A DNA stretch of 64,000 nucleotides from Abditibacterium sp. (GCA_965199495.1 CBDASK010000003.1:3776001-3840000), one strand, 5' to 3'. Shown: positions 18,493 to 28,528, counted from the first letter of the stretch. Notes: generated from the letters alone by a model not told the origin. Numbers and translations: made by a program.

Positions 18493-19359
18493 TTAATCAC
18501 AGCGCCAATTCACTAAATCGTCGCTCCACGCCAAACCCAGCGCCGCGCCATGCGGCGCTTCGCGGTCACCGTGAAAGAACATCGTCCAGCGACCTTTAAC
18601 ATGATTCGTTTCTAAAACCATCGGCGCCGTTGGCCCACCCGATGCCCACGATAATGTGGGAAAATCGAGATAACGAACATCACGCCAATCGAGCAAGTTC
18701 GTCGAGCGCGCGAAGCCGATACCGCGCCCATCGCGGCAGGGCGCGAAGAACATTATCCATTCGTCGTGGTGGCGAATGACGCAGGGATTTTCGACGGTTG
18801 AACCGTCGGGCGTTTGGGCGGCGCTCAAAACTGGCCGCGCATCGCTGGCTTCGCTCCACGACTTCAAATCGGGCGAAACCAATAATCCCAATTGGCCATC
18901 GCTTTTGTAAAAGCACCAAAATTTATCGTCGTGCTGCAACAGATAGGGATCGATTTGTCGCTTCGATTTGCACCAGTTGGAGGAGCAGCCACCGGGCTGC
19001 AAGAGAGCGGGCGCTTCCCAGTTTTCGCCGTCGCGACTGCGCATTGTCCACAACCGCGAGTTGTCGTTGCCATAGGCCGAAGTGCCCGTCGTCGGATAGG
19101 ATTGTAGACACAAAATCCGATTGTCGCCCACGCGAATCACGTTGCCGGGCGATGAAAAATTTAAACCCGTCTCAGTCAGGCGGCGTGGCTGTGACCAATG
19201 TTCTAAATCGCGACTTTTCACGACATCAAGGTAAAGCCGGTAACCCGCGTCGTCGTGTTCGACGACGGTATGGAAGCAATGATAATAATCGTTGTGGAAA
19301 AAGACTGCTGGATCGCGCAGGGCGGCGCGCGGTTCGTGGTCTAAAAATGGATTGGGCAT
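18493..19359 (-). CDS. Beta-propeller glycoside hydrolase-like protein (GH43/GH32 clan-like)
   Basis: LRDPAV, SSPG, IDPY, ENPC blade motifs and Asp-box-like SxDLxxW repeats. Confidence 0.7.
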   Translation of the reverse strand: MPNPFLDHEPRAALRDPAVFFHNDYYHCFHTVVEHDDAGYRLYLDVVKSRDLEHWSQPRRLTETGLNFSSPGNVIRVGDNRILCLQSYPTTGTSAYGNDNSRLWTMRSRDGENWEAPALLQPGGCSSNWCKSKRQIDPYLLQHDDKFWCFYKSDGQLGLLVSPDLKSWSEASDARPVLSAAQTPDGSTVENPCVIRHHDEWIMFFAPCRDGRGIGFARSTNLLDWRDVRYLDFPTLSWASGGPTAPMVLETNHVKGRWTMFFHGDREAPHGAALGLAWSDDLVNWRCD

Positions 19360-19455
19360 CGCACGAGAGTTTGACTTCGAGCGCGCGATAAATTCTGGGC
19401 GATTTGGTAAACCAAAAAATTTTATTCGACTAAACTTATCGGCAGTTTTACATTT

Positions 19456-20424
19456 ATGCCTTTTATCCAACGCGCCGCGTTTTGGTTAGCCATGCCCGTT
19501 TTTTGCGGCGCCGCCCATGCCGCGTCGCCCGCCGAGGCGCCGCCTATTCAGGCTATCACGCTGCAAACTTACGATGATCCGTGGCCCAAAGCGGTTGCGC
19601 GCGAGCGCGACATCGCCAACAATCTCTACTCGCAAACTTTGGAGCCGTTCGATTACGCCGCGTCGCAGGTCACGATTTCTTACCAACGCACGCAGAAGCA
19701 CGCTTATTTTAGCGGCCACATCTCGGCGCGCGGGCTGAAGCCTAATTTCGCTTATCAACTCAAGCTCGCGGGCAAGCCGATTTTTGGCAACCGCGGGACG
19801 GGCACGGCGACTTCTTACATCGAAGCGAGTTCGCTCTACGCTGGCGCGACTCCGATTGTTCACATCGTCAACGATGAAAATGGCGCTCCGACGCCGATTA
19901 ATGGTGACGATTGGACGAATCAACAGTTAGGTTACGCGGGCCGTTGGTGGGACGACAGCCACGCGCCCACGACCAACTTGAATGACGCGTATTTTGAGCG
20001 CAATACTCCCTATCTCACGATTTACGGCTACATTTTTATGGGCGATTTCATTACCGATGCCAACGGCAACGCCGAAGCCGATGTGAATGGGGCGCACTCG
20101 TATCATATTACGTGGCAGGACGGGCAGGACAACGCCACCAAAGACGTGAAATTTGGGACGTTCAAGGTTGCGAGCGCGCCGCCATTCTACGGTTACAAAT
20201 TCGATATTTACCCGCGCAAAGTCAGACTTTGGTATGAATACGAGAAAGGCCGCGCGCACGATGTAAAGCTCGCGCCCGGCACTTATCATTGCCGCTTGCT
20301 GGTCACCGAAGAGGCTTTTCATACGGCGGGCGGTTTGTGGGGCGGCGTCTGGAAAACCGTGTTGGCGACCGAAACCAACGACTCCAATCCGGCCAACGAT
20401 TTGACTTTCGTCATCGGAAATTGA
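19456..20424 (+). CDS. Hypothetical secreted protein
   Basis: Signal peptide ending AHA; 322-aa ORF with host-like codon use; no family recognised. Confidence 0.7.
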   Translation: MPFIQRAAFWLAMPVFCGAAHAASPAEAPPIQAITLQTYDDPWPKAVARERDIANNLYSQTLEPFDYAASQVTISYQRTQKHAYFSGHISARGLKPNFAYQLKLAGKPIFGNRGTGTATSYIEASSLYAGATPIVHIVNDENGAPTPINGDDWTNQQLGYAGRWWDDSHAPTTNLNDAYFERNTPYLTIYGYIFMGDFITDANGNAEADVNGAHSYHITWQDGQDNATKDVKFGTFKVASAPPFYGYKFDIYPRKVRLWYEYEKGRAHDVKLAPGTYHCRLLVTEEAFHTAGGLWGGVWKTVLATETNDSNPANDLTFVIGN

Positions 20425-20437
20425 GCGTGATTTAAAA

Positions 20438-21217
20438 ATGTCAACGCTTCGTTTCGCCGTTGCCGGCGATGTTCACGGCGACCATTGGAAAATGATCGGT
20501 TTGCTATCGGGCTGGGAAAAATCGCGTAAAAAGTCGCTCGATTTCGTGTTGCAAGTCGGCGATTTCGAGCCGCACCGCGATGAAGCCGATTTAGCGACGA
20601 TGGCCGCGCCCGCCAAATATCGCGACTTGGGCGATTTTCCAATTTTCGGGCGCGGTGAAGCCAGTTTTCCGTGGCCAATTACTTTTATCGGTGGCAATCA
20701 CGAGCCTTACGGCTGGCTCGAAACTTTGCCCAATGGCGGACAAATCGCGCCCAATTGCTATTACATTGGGCGCGCGAACGTGGTCGAAATCGGCGACTTG
20801 AAAGTCGCCGGATTGAGCGGAATATTTCAGTCGCCTTTGTTCAAAGCAACGCGGCCCGATGTTGCGCAATTCGGTCGTAAATCGAACAAAGATTGGATCG
20901 GCTGGAACGAAGGCGACATCGAGAAATTATTAACTCTGGGCCGCGCCGACATCTTTTTATTGCACGAATGGCCGGTTGAATTTGGTGACAATCAACGCCA
21001 CTTCGCCGACGTGGCTGCTCGCGGGTGGATCGAACTGGCGCTGGAATCTTTGCGGCCCCAATTGATTTTTTGCGGGCATTTGCATCATCGTCTGCGCAGC
21101 GCGGCGCGCGTGAATGGCATCACTGTTCCGGTTGAATGTCTGGTGCAAGTTTCGTCGGGGCGCGATTCGTTTGCGGTTTTCGAGCGCGAAAATGACGAAT
21201 GGCGCGAACTCGATTAG
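20438..21217 (+). CDS. Metallophosphoesterase resembling the RNA lariat debranching enzyme Dbr1 N-terminal domain
   Basis: GDVHG, GDF, GGNHE, HEWP, GHLH plus Dbr1-like segments RDEADLATMAAPAKYR and LPNGGQIAPNCYYIG. Confidence 0.85.
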   Translation: MSTLRFAVAGDVHGDHWKMIGLLSGWEKSRKKSLDFVLQVGDFEPHRDEADLATMAAPAKYRDLGDFPIFGRGEASFPWPITFIGGNHEPYGWLETLPNGGQIAPNCYYIGRANVVEIGDLKVAGLSGIFQSPLFKATRPDVAQFGRKSNKDWIGWNEGDIEKLLTLGRADIFLLHEWPVEFGDNQRHFADVAARGWIELALESLRPQLIFCGHLHHRLRSAARVNGITVPVECLVQVSSGRDSFAVFERENDEWRELD

Positions 21218-21269
21218 GAGTTCGCGCCATTTTGGTTTGCGTTGATAGCCCTTAGCAGTGCGAAGGCTA

Positions 21270-21349
21270 CAAGGGCGGGGCTTGCGCCTCCTTCCAAGCG
21301 GGGCGCGAAGAGAAGTCCCGATTGGAAGGAGGCGCAAGCCCCGCCCTTG
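21270..21349. repeat. Inverted repeat, family F copy 1
   Basis: Perfect 28-bp arms at 21270-21297 and 21322-21349. Confidence 0.9.
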
Positions 21350-21388
21350 AACAGGTGTAGCCAATCTAAATGTGAAGGGCTATATTCC

Positions 21389-22447
21389 TCAGTTGCTAAA
21401 ACGTCCCTCGAAATTCTCGCCCGCCGATGTCAAGGCGCGTTCGCCGGTACCATCCAAATTCGAGGTTTGGATTTGGCCGCGTCCGTCGTTGGCGTTGCTG
21501 GCCAGATAAATCAAACGATTATCCGGGCTGAAGCTGGGCTGGCTGCGATAGGCGAAGCCATTGCCCGCGTTGAAGCTGGTTGACGCGGGCGTGCCATCGA
21601 GATTGCGCAGCGAAATCGTGCTGGCGCCCGCCGTCTCGACGGTGACGGCCAACGTCTGACCATTGCGCGAAAACGCCGGTTGAAGATAACGCTCGCTCGC
21701 ATTGTTGTCGCTGACCAAAAGCGGGCGCTGGCCGGTGCCATTGGAATTCATAATGTAAACGCCGCGCGAGCTGTTGCGCACCGAATAAAACGCGATGCTG
21801 CGGCTATCGCTCGTCCATGCGGGTTGCGAGTCTTCGCCGATGTTGTCGGTGATGACCGCTTGATTATCGCCAGTGATGTCCATGACCGCGATGTTTTTGC
21901 TGCCGCCGCGCGTGGTCGTCCACGCGATTTTGGTTCCGTCGGGCGAAACTGTCGGCTCGGTGTCGTCGGGCGCGAAATCGCCTGTGTCGTTGGTATAAGC
22001 CTTGACATTCGTGCCGTCGGCGCGCGCGGTGAAAATTTCGTAATTGGCGATGTTGGCGCCATTGGGCCGATTGGAACTCCACACAATGCGCGCGCCGTTG
22101 GGCGCAATCGTCGGGTCGCGCTCTTCATCGGTCGAGTTCAGCGCGCTAAATTCGCGTTGATTGTTGCCCTGCGCGTCCATCAGAAAAATGTCGGGCGTGC
22201 CGTTGCGCGTCGAAACGAAACCGATTTGTCCGTTCAGCGAAACCGGCCCCATTGTCGGCGTCGGCGTGGGATTGACGGGCGTTGGCGTTGGCTGGCCCGG
22301 TATTGGCGTCGGCGTCGGTTGGCCGGGAATTGGCGTGGCTGTTGGGTGCGGGGCCGACGGGCCGCTCCCGCCACCGCCGCAACCGGCGATGAGAAAACTG
22401 GCGGCGAAAAGGCTGGTGCCCACAGAAGTAATCATTTGAAATTTCAT
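21389..22447 (-). CDS. Lipoprotein with Pro/Thr linker and TolB-like (PD40) beta-propeller
   Basis: Lipobox IAGC, PTPTPIPGQ repeats, repeated PxxSPDG..I.F.S.R blades. Confidence 0.85.
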   Translation of the reverse strand: MKFQMITSVGTSLFAASFLIAGCGGGGSGPSAPHPTATPIPGQPTPTPIPGQPTPTPVNPTPTPTMGPVSLNGQIGFVSTRNGTPDIFLMDAQGNNQREFSALNSTDEERDPTIAPNGARIVWSSNRPNGANIANYEIFTARADGTNVKAYTNDTGDFAPDDTEPTVSPDGTKIAWTTTRGGSKNIAVMDITGDNQAVITDNIGEDSQPAWTSDSRSIAFYSVRNSSRGVYIMNSNGTGQRPLLVSDNNASERYLQPAFSRNGQTLAVTVETAGASTISLRNLDGTPASTSFNAGNGFAYRSQPSFSPDNRLIYLASNANDGRGQIQTSNLDGTGERALTSAGENFEGRFSN

Positions 22448-22540
22448 TGGAGTTATAAAGGCGTCTCAATTATTTTGCGATTTTTGTGAAAACTTGTCAA
22501 GCTAAAGTTTGCTTTTTGGCTTCTGCCATACTTTAGTGCG

Positions 22541-23398
22541 ATGTCTTCTGATTCATGGGCCGTCGAGTGTAGCCACGTCGAGTTCGCGCCGCCGGGTTTA
22601 AATCTTCCGGGTTTGTCCGATTTCTCGCTGCAAGTCGCACAAGGCGAAATCGTGGTTTTGCTGGGCGAATCCGATTCGGGCAAAACGGCGGCGCTGCGCC
22701 TCATCAACGCTTTGACGATGCCAGATAACGGCGAAGTTTGGGTCGAAGGCCGCGCGATAAGCGAATGGAACGCCATCGAATTGCGCTGTCAAATCGGCAC
22801 AGTTTTGCAGGACGACTGCTTATTTTCCCACTTTTCGGTCGCCCAAAACGTCGCGTTGGTGCCCGAATTGTTGGGCTGGGAGCGCGCCAAAATCGAAGCG
22901 CGCACCCGCGAAATGTTGGAATTAGTCAATCTGCTGCCCGATCAATTCGCGGCCCAGTTTCCAGCTCAACTGTCGAACAGCCAGCGCCAACGCGTCGGCA
23001 TCGCGCGCGCACTGGCCGCGAATCAATCCGTTTTATTATTGGATGAACCTTTCGGTAATCTCGACCCTTTGGCACGAGAGAACTTGCGCGACGACTTTGC
23101 GCAGTTACGCCGCAAGTTGAACGTAACCGCGATCTTCGCGACGCAAGATTTGCGCGAGGCGTTATTGTTGGGCGATAAAATCGCGTTGCTGCGAGAGGGT
23201 AAATTAACGTTTTTCGGCACGCCACAACAGTTCGCTCTGACCGACAACCCCGACGCCGTGGCTTATCGCGCCACGATGGATTTGCCCGCATGGATGATGG
23301 CCGATGAAGGCGTGGACGAAACTGAAGAAATCGTCAAAGAACCGGGACTGCGCGCGAAGTTAAAGCGCGCGGGCAGACGGTTAAAAGCGAAATTTTAG
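22541..23398 (+). CDS. Stand-alone OpuA/ProV-like ABC ATPase with degenerate motifs
   Basis: GESDSGKT, LSNSQRQRVGIARALA, LLDEPFGNLDP, FATQDLREA. Confidence 0.8.
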   Translation: MSSDSWAVECSHVEFAPPGLNLPGLSDFSLQVAQGEIVVLLGESDSGKTAALRLINALTMPDNGEVWVEGRAISEWNAIELRCQIGTVLQDDCLFSHFSVAQNVALVPELLGWERAKIEARTREMLELVNLLPDQFAAQFPAQLSNSQRQRVGIARALAANQSVLLLDEPFGNLDPLARENLRDDFAQLRRKLNVTAIFATQDLREALLLGDKIALLREGKLTFFGTPQQFALTDNPDAVAYRATMDLPAWMMADEGVDETEEIVKEPGLRAKLKRAGRRLKAKF

Positions 23399-23497
23399 GT
23401 TTGCGCAGTGGCAGAAAACCTACCGCTCCCTATAACTCCAAAATTCCGCCGCGATTTCGGTGGGCGTTGGAGCGATAGTCTTCATTGAAATTAAATG

Positions 23498-25567
23498 CTA
23501 ATTCGGCATTAGCAAATGGCCGACGCGTCCGTTTAAACCGTCAACGGCCAGCCAGAACAGCATCATCGTTACGTCGCCCAGCGCTAACCCCAAAAAGCCC
23601 GGCATCGCTTTGCGATAGGAATCGTTGCCGCCAAAACGCGTGATCAAAGTTTTGGCGAGCCAGCCCAGAAAGAACGAGAACCAGAACATCTGCGCCGCGA
23701 ACGTCAGGCTGAGCAGATAGCCAATCGGGTGAAACGGAAACCACGCGAAGCGGCTGCGCATCAGCATCATGCCCCACGTCAGGGCGGCGCCGATGCACAG
23801 CCACAGCCAGTTTGTGACGGGCGCGGTCGCTTTGTCTTGCATAATGTTCTCGGTGAATTTCGCCGGGCTTTGCGATAAAAATTCGCGCGCCCAACTGCTG
23901 GTCAGCGACAAACCGCCGTTTTCGTAGCCCAATCGCACCACCATCCACAAACTCATGCCAAGCGAAATCAGCGTGACGACTGAGATCAATTTCAATAGTG
24001 GACGAGCCGGAATTTTGTTGTCGTGCGCCAACTTGAAACTATGCACGAACGACGGCATAATGAACGCGCGCATATGAAAAATCAGCCCGGCCTGTACGAA
24101 CGATGCGGGCACCAAGCCCGCCGTGGCTCCTGTCAGCCAACCCAAACTCGATGGCAACAGCCGGTTAATCGCGTTGAGCGGATACATATCGTGCAACAAA
24201 AACAAGACGCCGCCCTCGACGGCCATGCGCGATAGAACAATCGCGAACACCAGATAACTCGCCCACAACGTCAGAGCTATGTCGAATCTAACGCCCAGCA
24301 CAAGGGTAAAACCGATGAGAAAAGCAAAAGACAGCGCGAAACCCCAGAACGCCGCCGGATACGATAATGCCTCGGTTCCCTCGTCGGCGCGCGCGCGTTC
24401 GCGGCCAAAGGCGCGGCGCAAAATATGTTTGGCGTGTTCGCGCCCGGTGTAGACCACCAAAAATGTGTAGGCCAGATAAGCGCCGTAAACCTGAAAACCC
24501 TGAAACAATTTGCCGGGAAAAGTCAGCGCCGCGTCGGGCAGAGTTGACGGCATGAAACCGGTGTAGTAGGCGCCGATCATCTGGAACTTCATGAACAAAT
24601 AGAAGAACCACAACGAAAACGAAACTTCTGAAGTTAGCAAATATGTGATGCCGACTGCAATCGGAAAGACCGAAACGTTGACCCAGCCCAACTGATTCCA
24701 CGGCGCTTCGGTAAATAAACTGCCCGTGTCAATGCCGAGCGGAAAATCCGGCACGTCGGGAAAGTAAAGGTGCAAACCGCGCATCAATTGAATGAAAACC
24801 GCGATGCCAAAACCGATCCACATCATCGGATTGCGGAAGAATCGCCCGAACGTCCCAAATTTGTCGGGTTCGTCCATGTCCTCGACCATCTGCAACGGCA
24901 ACTTGAGCAGGGGAAACGAAAGCGCCTCGTTTTGCGCCCACTGCTGGCGCAGCATCACGCTCAGGCACGCCAGCATAATGTAAATCGCCAGAATCGCCAG
25001 CGTCCACACCGCCAAAGGCAAAAGCCACGCCGCCCACGGAATCGAAGCGCCGGGCCGCAAACCCTCATACCAACCGGCGACAACCGTCTGATTATAAGCG
25101 CCCGTGGCTGGATCAATCGAAGGCGTCATCCACGGTTTCATCGCCGGTTGCAGAAATTCGAGCCATTTGTTTTCGCGCGTCGCATAATAAAACGGCGCGA
25201 TGAGAACTGGAACGATCAAATTTTCGGCGCCGTGCCCCGGCACCAGACTGGAAAACAAACACGAAATATAAACCGTCAGCGCTTCGTTGCGCGTGAAAGA
25301 TAATTTTTTGGAAAGCGTGCGCACGAGCGGATTGACCAGCAAAACCAAAATCAACAACGCGCCGATGGCGCCCGGCGGCAGGTGCGTGCCGCCCAAAAAC
25401 GTGTTGAGCAGTTTGAAATCAATGACCGGCAGCAAATATCCCAGCACGAACGCCAGCGCGATGCAAATGGCGATGACGCGAAACGAGATGCCGCGCTCGC
25501 GCGCCGTGCGGTTATCGCTGTTGGCTTGAGTGGCAGATTGCGGCGCGGAGGCGAAAGGGGCTTGCAT
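23498..25567 (-). CDS. Large polytopic membrane protein (DUF6785/DUF6784-like), paralog 2
   Basis: Shares THLPPGA, YISCLFS..PGHGAEN, FYYATRENK, YFPDVPDFPL and FTEAPWNQ with 4397-6628. Confidence 0.75.
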   Translation of the reverse strand: MQAPFASAPQSATQANSDNRTARERGISFRVIAICIALAFVLGYLLPVIDFKLLNTFLGGTHLPPGAIGALLILVLLVNPLVRTLSKKLSFTRNEALTVYISCLFSSLVPGHGAENLIVPVLIAPFYYATRENKWLEFLQPAMKPWMTPSIDPATGAYNQTVVAGWYEGLRPGASIPWAAWLLPLAVWTLAILAIYIMLACLSVMLRQQWAQNEALSFPLLKLPLQMVEDMDEPDKFGTFGRFFRNPMMWIGFGIAVFIQLMRGLHLYFPDVPDFPLGIDTGSLFTEAPWNQLGWVNVSVFPIAVGITYLLTSEVSFSLWFFYLFMKFQMIGAYYTGFMPSTLPDAALTFPGKLFQGFQVYGAYLAYTFLVVYTGREHAKHILRRAFGRERARADEGTEALSYPAAFWGFALSFAFLIGFTLVLGVRFDIALTLWASYLVFAIVLSRMAVEGGVLFLLHDMYPLNAINRLLPSSLGWLTGATAGLVPASFVQAGLIFHMRAFIMPSFVHSFKLAHDNKIPARPLLKLISVVTLISLGMSLWMVVRLGYENGGLSLTSSWAREFLSQSPAKFTENIMQDKATAPVTNWLWLCIGAALTWGMMLMRSRFAWFPFHPIGYLLSLTFAAQMFWFSFFLGWLAKTLITRFGGNDSYRKAMPGFLGLALGDVTMMLFWLAVDGLNGRVGHLLMPN

Positions 25568-25651
25568 AAATTGGGTTGTGGATTATAACAGTCTGGCAGA
25601 ATTGCAGTTATTCGTCACTCAAACTTTCATAAGCCATAACTCGCGTCCCCA

Positions 25652-26866
25652 TTAATTTTTATTCGCGCGCCCGTTCCCAAACGCTGCGCTGGCGCGTTTG
25701 ACAATCGCGATGACGGCGTCCTCGTCTTTCGAGGCGCCCGGATACAAATCGAAACTGTTGCCGGGATACCATTGCCAGAGTACCGTAATCGGAACGTTGG
25801 CCTTCGCCGTGGCTGCGAGGGCGCTCGCGAAATAATCCTGCTGGAATTGCGGGCTATAAGCCAACACTTTGCTACCGGGCAAGCGGCGGTCGAGCGACAA
25901 ACCCCATTCTTCGACCATGAAAGGTTTGCCGATTTGGTCGGCGTAACTTTTGTAAACGCCCAGATTTTTCCATTCGCCCAAGGGCAACTCGAACGGGTAG
26001 GGCGGCGCGAGCGGCTGCTTCAACTTTTTTAATTCGTCGTCAATGTTGGGATAGATATGCACCGACGCGAAATCAATATTTTTGTCCGCCCACAACGTTT
26101 TCCAGTAAGGCTGCCCGCTTTTGTCGCGGACGGGGCCGTCGGGCGAAACATGGAGCAAACCGCCCGCGTTGACCAGATGATTTGGATCGTTGCGTTTCAA
26201 TTCCGCCGCCGCGCGGTGAATGAAGCTCAAATAATTATCGACATCGCGCGATTCATCGGCCAAATTCAGCGTTTTATCTTCGTGGTAGCGCAAACCAAAC
26301 GGCACGATTTCGCCTGTAATCGAGTAACCCAGAATCGTCGGATCGTCCTTGTAAACGCGCTTGTTGATGCTGTTAACGCGATTGGGCGTGCGCGTATAAA
26401 TCGGTTTTAAGCGCTCGAAATTCGCCGGGTCGGTGATGTCGAACGGCGGTTTGGAATGGCGCCCGGTTTCGTAGGTCAGTGTGCTGAAATCAATGATGAC
26501 TTTCATGTTCTCCTGACGAGCCACGTCCAGTAACAAGTCCATGCGCTGCCAGACCGCTTCGGACAAATGATGATTCAAATCGCCATCGTTGAAGTCATAA
26601 ATCAGGGAAGTCGCGCGAAACAGCGAAAAGCCCGCGTTTTTGGCATCGCGAAAAATGCGCAGCACCTGCACGCGCGAAGTCGGGTTGCGCGCGACGCAAA
26701 GCTGATAACTGGTGAAGCCCAGCGCTTTGTATTCGTGTTCGTTGAGCCGAAACTGGTTGCCCTCGACGCCCACGAAATTGCGTTTCGCGGGCGTGGCGTG
26801 CGCGCCGGTTAAAAGCGAACCCAGTAAAATGGCGCAGAGCAGAAAAGAAAATTTTCTAAATAACAT
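25652..26866 (-). CDS. Secreted glycoside hydrolase family 5-like protein (mannanase-like)
   Basis: FVGVEGNQF, YKDDPTILGYSITGE, DPNHLV, IDFASVHIY, GKPFMVEEWG. Confidence 0.8.
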   Translation of the reverse strand: MLFRKFSFLLCAILLGSLLTGAHATPAKRNFVGVEGNQFRLNEHEYKALGFTSYQLCVARNPTSRVQVLRIFRDAKNAGFSLFRATSLIYDFNDGDLNHHLSEAVWQRMDLLLDVARQENMKVIIDFSTLTYETGRHSKPPFDITDPANFERLKPIYTRTPNRVNSINKRVYKDDPTILGYSITGEIVPFGLRYHEDKTLNLADESRDVDNYLSFIHRAAAELKRNDPNHLVNAGGLLHVSPDGPVRDKSGQPYWKTLWADKNIDFASVHIYPNIDDELKKLKQPLAPPYPFELPLGEWKNLGVYKSYADQIGKPFMVEEWGLSLDRRLPGSKVLAYSPQFQQDYFASALAATAKANVPITVLWQWYPGNSFDLYPGASKDEDAVIAIVKRASAAFGNGRANKN

Positions 26867-27016
26867 AGAGATTGCTAAAACGATTTTGCGGAGGTTGTTA
26901 AAGACCTTAGTTTCCCCGATTTGTTGCGGTGAATTTCAGATTGAATCGAGGGTATTTTTAAATTGGGTTTGAGTCAGTAGCGCGAAGCGGGGCGAGAAAC
27001 GTATCCTACAAAGGGC

Positions 27017-28024
27017 ATGGAATCGCAAAAAGTCGCTGTTTTGGGCGCGGGCAGTTGGGGCACCGCTTTGGCGTGTCTGGCGGCGCGCAACGGTCACGAT
27101 GTCGCGCTGTGGGCGCGCGACGAAAATTTGGTCGCCGCCATCAATCGCGAGGGCGCCAACCCTAAATATCTGCCTGGTGCCGACCTCAAAAACGTGCGCG
27201 CCAGCGCCGAATTGGACGAAGTTTTGAGCGGCGCGCAGTGGATTATTTCCGCCGTGCCGTGCGCGGGCGTGCCCGCCTTGGCGCCGCTCGTCGGGCAGTT
27301 GCGCGCGCGCGATGCGGTTGTGGTGAGTGGAACCAAAGGTTTGCATCCCGAAACCGGCGCGCGTGCCCAACAGTTGTGGTGCGCGGGCGCCGATTTGGGA
27401 AACGAACATTACGCGGCGCTGTCGGGGCCGAATTTGGCGCGCGAAATCGCGGCGGGCGTGCCGACTTCGTCGGTCGTGGCTTCGCTCTCAGCCACGACGG
27501 CTGACCGCGCGCAGGATTTGTTCACTTCGCAACTGTTTCGCGTTTATACCAACACCGATTTGTTGGGCGTCGAGCTGGGCGGCGCCTTGAAAAACGTTGT
27601 GGCGATTGCCGCCGGGATTTGCGACGGCTTCGAGTTCGGCGACAACGCCAAAGCTGCTTTGATGACGCGTCACTGGCGCGAGATGACGCGTCTGGCCGTC
27701 GCGTGCGGCGCGCGCGAAACCACGCTCTTTGGCCTGAGCGGAGTGGGCGACTTATTTGCAACCTGCGCCAGCCCGCACTCGCGCAATCACTCTTTGGGCG
27801 AGCGTCTGGGGCGCGGCGAAAACTTGGACGATGCGCGGCGCGAAGTCATGCAAGTCGTTGAAGGCGTGCATACCGCGCGCGCCGCACTCAATTTGGCGCG
27901 TAAACACGGCGAGGAGTTGCCAGTGACACAGCAATTGGCCGCCGTTTTGTTCGAGGGCCAACCGGTGCGCGAAGCGATTGGCGCGCTGATGAACCGGCGC
28001 GGCAAAGCCGAAATCGAGGATTGA
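27017..28024 (+). CDS. gpsA: NAD(P)H-dependent glycerol-3-phosphate dehydrogenase
   Basis: GAGSWGTALA, LSGPNLA, GVELGGALKNV, GDNAKAAL, SRN. Confidence 0.97.
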   Translation: MESQKVAVLGAGSWGTALACLAARNGHDVALWARDENLVAAINREGANPKYLPGADLKNVRASAELDEVLSGAQWIISAVPCAGVPALAPLVGQLRARDAVVVSGTKGLHPETGARAQQLWCAGADLGNEHYAALSGPNLAREIAAGVPTSSVVASLSATTADRAQDLFTSQLFRVYTNTDLLGVELGGALKNVVAIAAGICDGFEFGDNAKAALMTRHWREMTRLAVACGARETTLFGLSGVGDLFATCASPHSRNHSLGERLGRGENLDDARREVMQVVEGVHTARAALNLARKHGEELPVTQQLAAVLFEGQPVREAIGALMNRRGKAEIED

Positions 28025-28066
28025 TCCATCGTCCCGTCCGTAATACCAAAAGGAACCAAAACAAAA

Positions 28067-28480
28067 ATGTCAGATACCAATATTAAAAGCAAAGGCGATG
28101 TCGTGGACGAAGTGGCGGCGCTGGTTGATATGCCGCAGACCAAAGTGGACGCGGTTTTAAAAGCGTTTGTCGAAACAATCAAGCGTCAGGCGGCGAGTGG
28201 CGGCGAAACGCGCATGGTCGGCTTCGGTTCGTTCAAAGTCACGCATCGCGCGTCGCGCACCTCGCGCAATCCGCAAACCGGCGAGCCAATCGAAGTCGGC
28301 GCGCACAACGCGATTCGATTCGTGCCGGGTCAAGCCCTCAAAGACGCGGCGACTTCGTCTTTCCAAGACGCGGCGCCCAAAGCCAAGCCCGCCAAAGCGA
28401 AAAAAGCGCCTGACGAAGCCGCAAATGTCGTTCAGGCCGAAGCGAAGAAAGAGAAGAAAACCAAAAAGAAAAAAGCGTAG
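28067..28480 (+). CDS. HU-family DNA-binding protein with Lys/Ala-rich C-terminal tail
   Basis: GFGSF, RNPQTGEPI, FVPGQALK; tail AKKEKKTKKKKA. Confidence 0.92.
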   Translation: MSDTNIKSKGDVVDEVAALVDMPQTKVDAVLKAFVETIKRQAASGGETRMVGFGSFKVTHRASRTSRNPQTGEPIEVGAHNAIRFVPGQALKDAATSSFQDAAPKAKPAKAKKAPDEAANVVQAEAKKEKKTKKKKA

Positions 28481-28528
28481 GATCGCGCGATTTGACACGG
28501 CGCGGGCCAACGCGTTTAAAATTAAAAC

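Noticed and set aside
22255..22350. Short tandem repeats in the TolB-like gene
   Set aside because: They encode an ordinary Pro/Thr linker.
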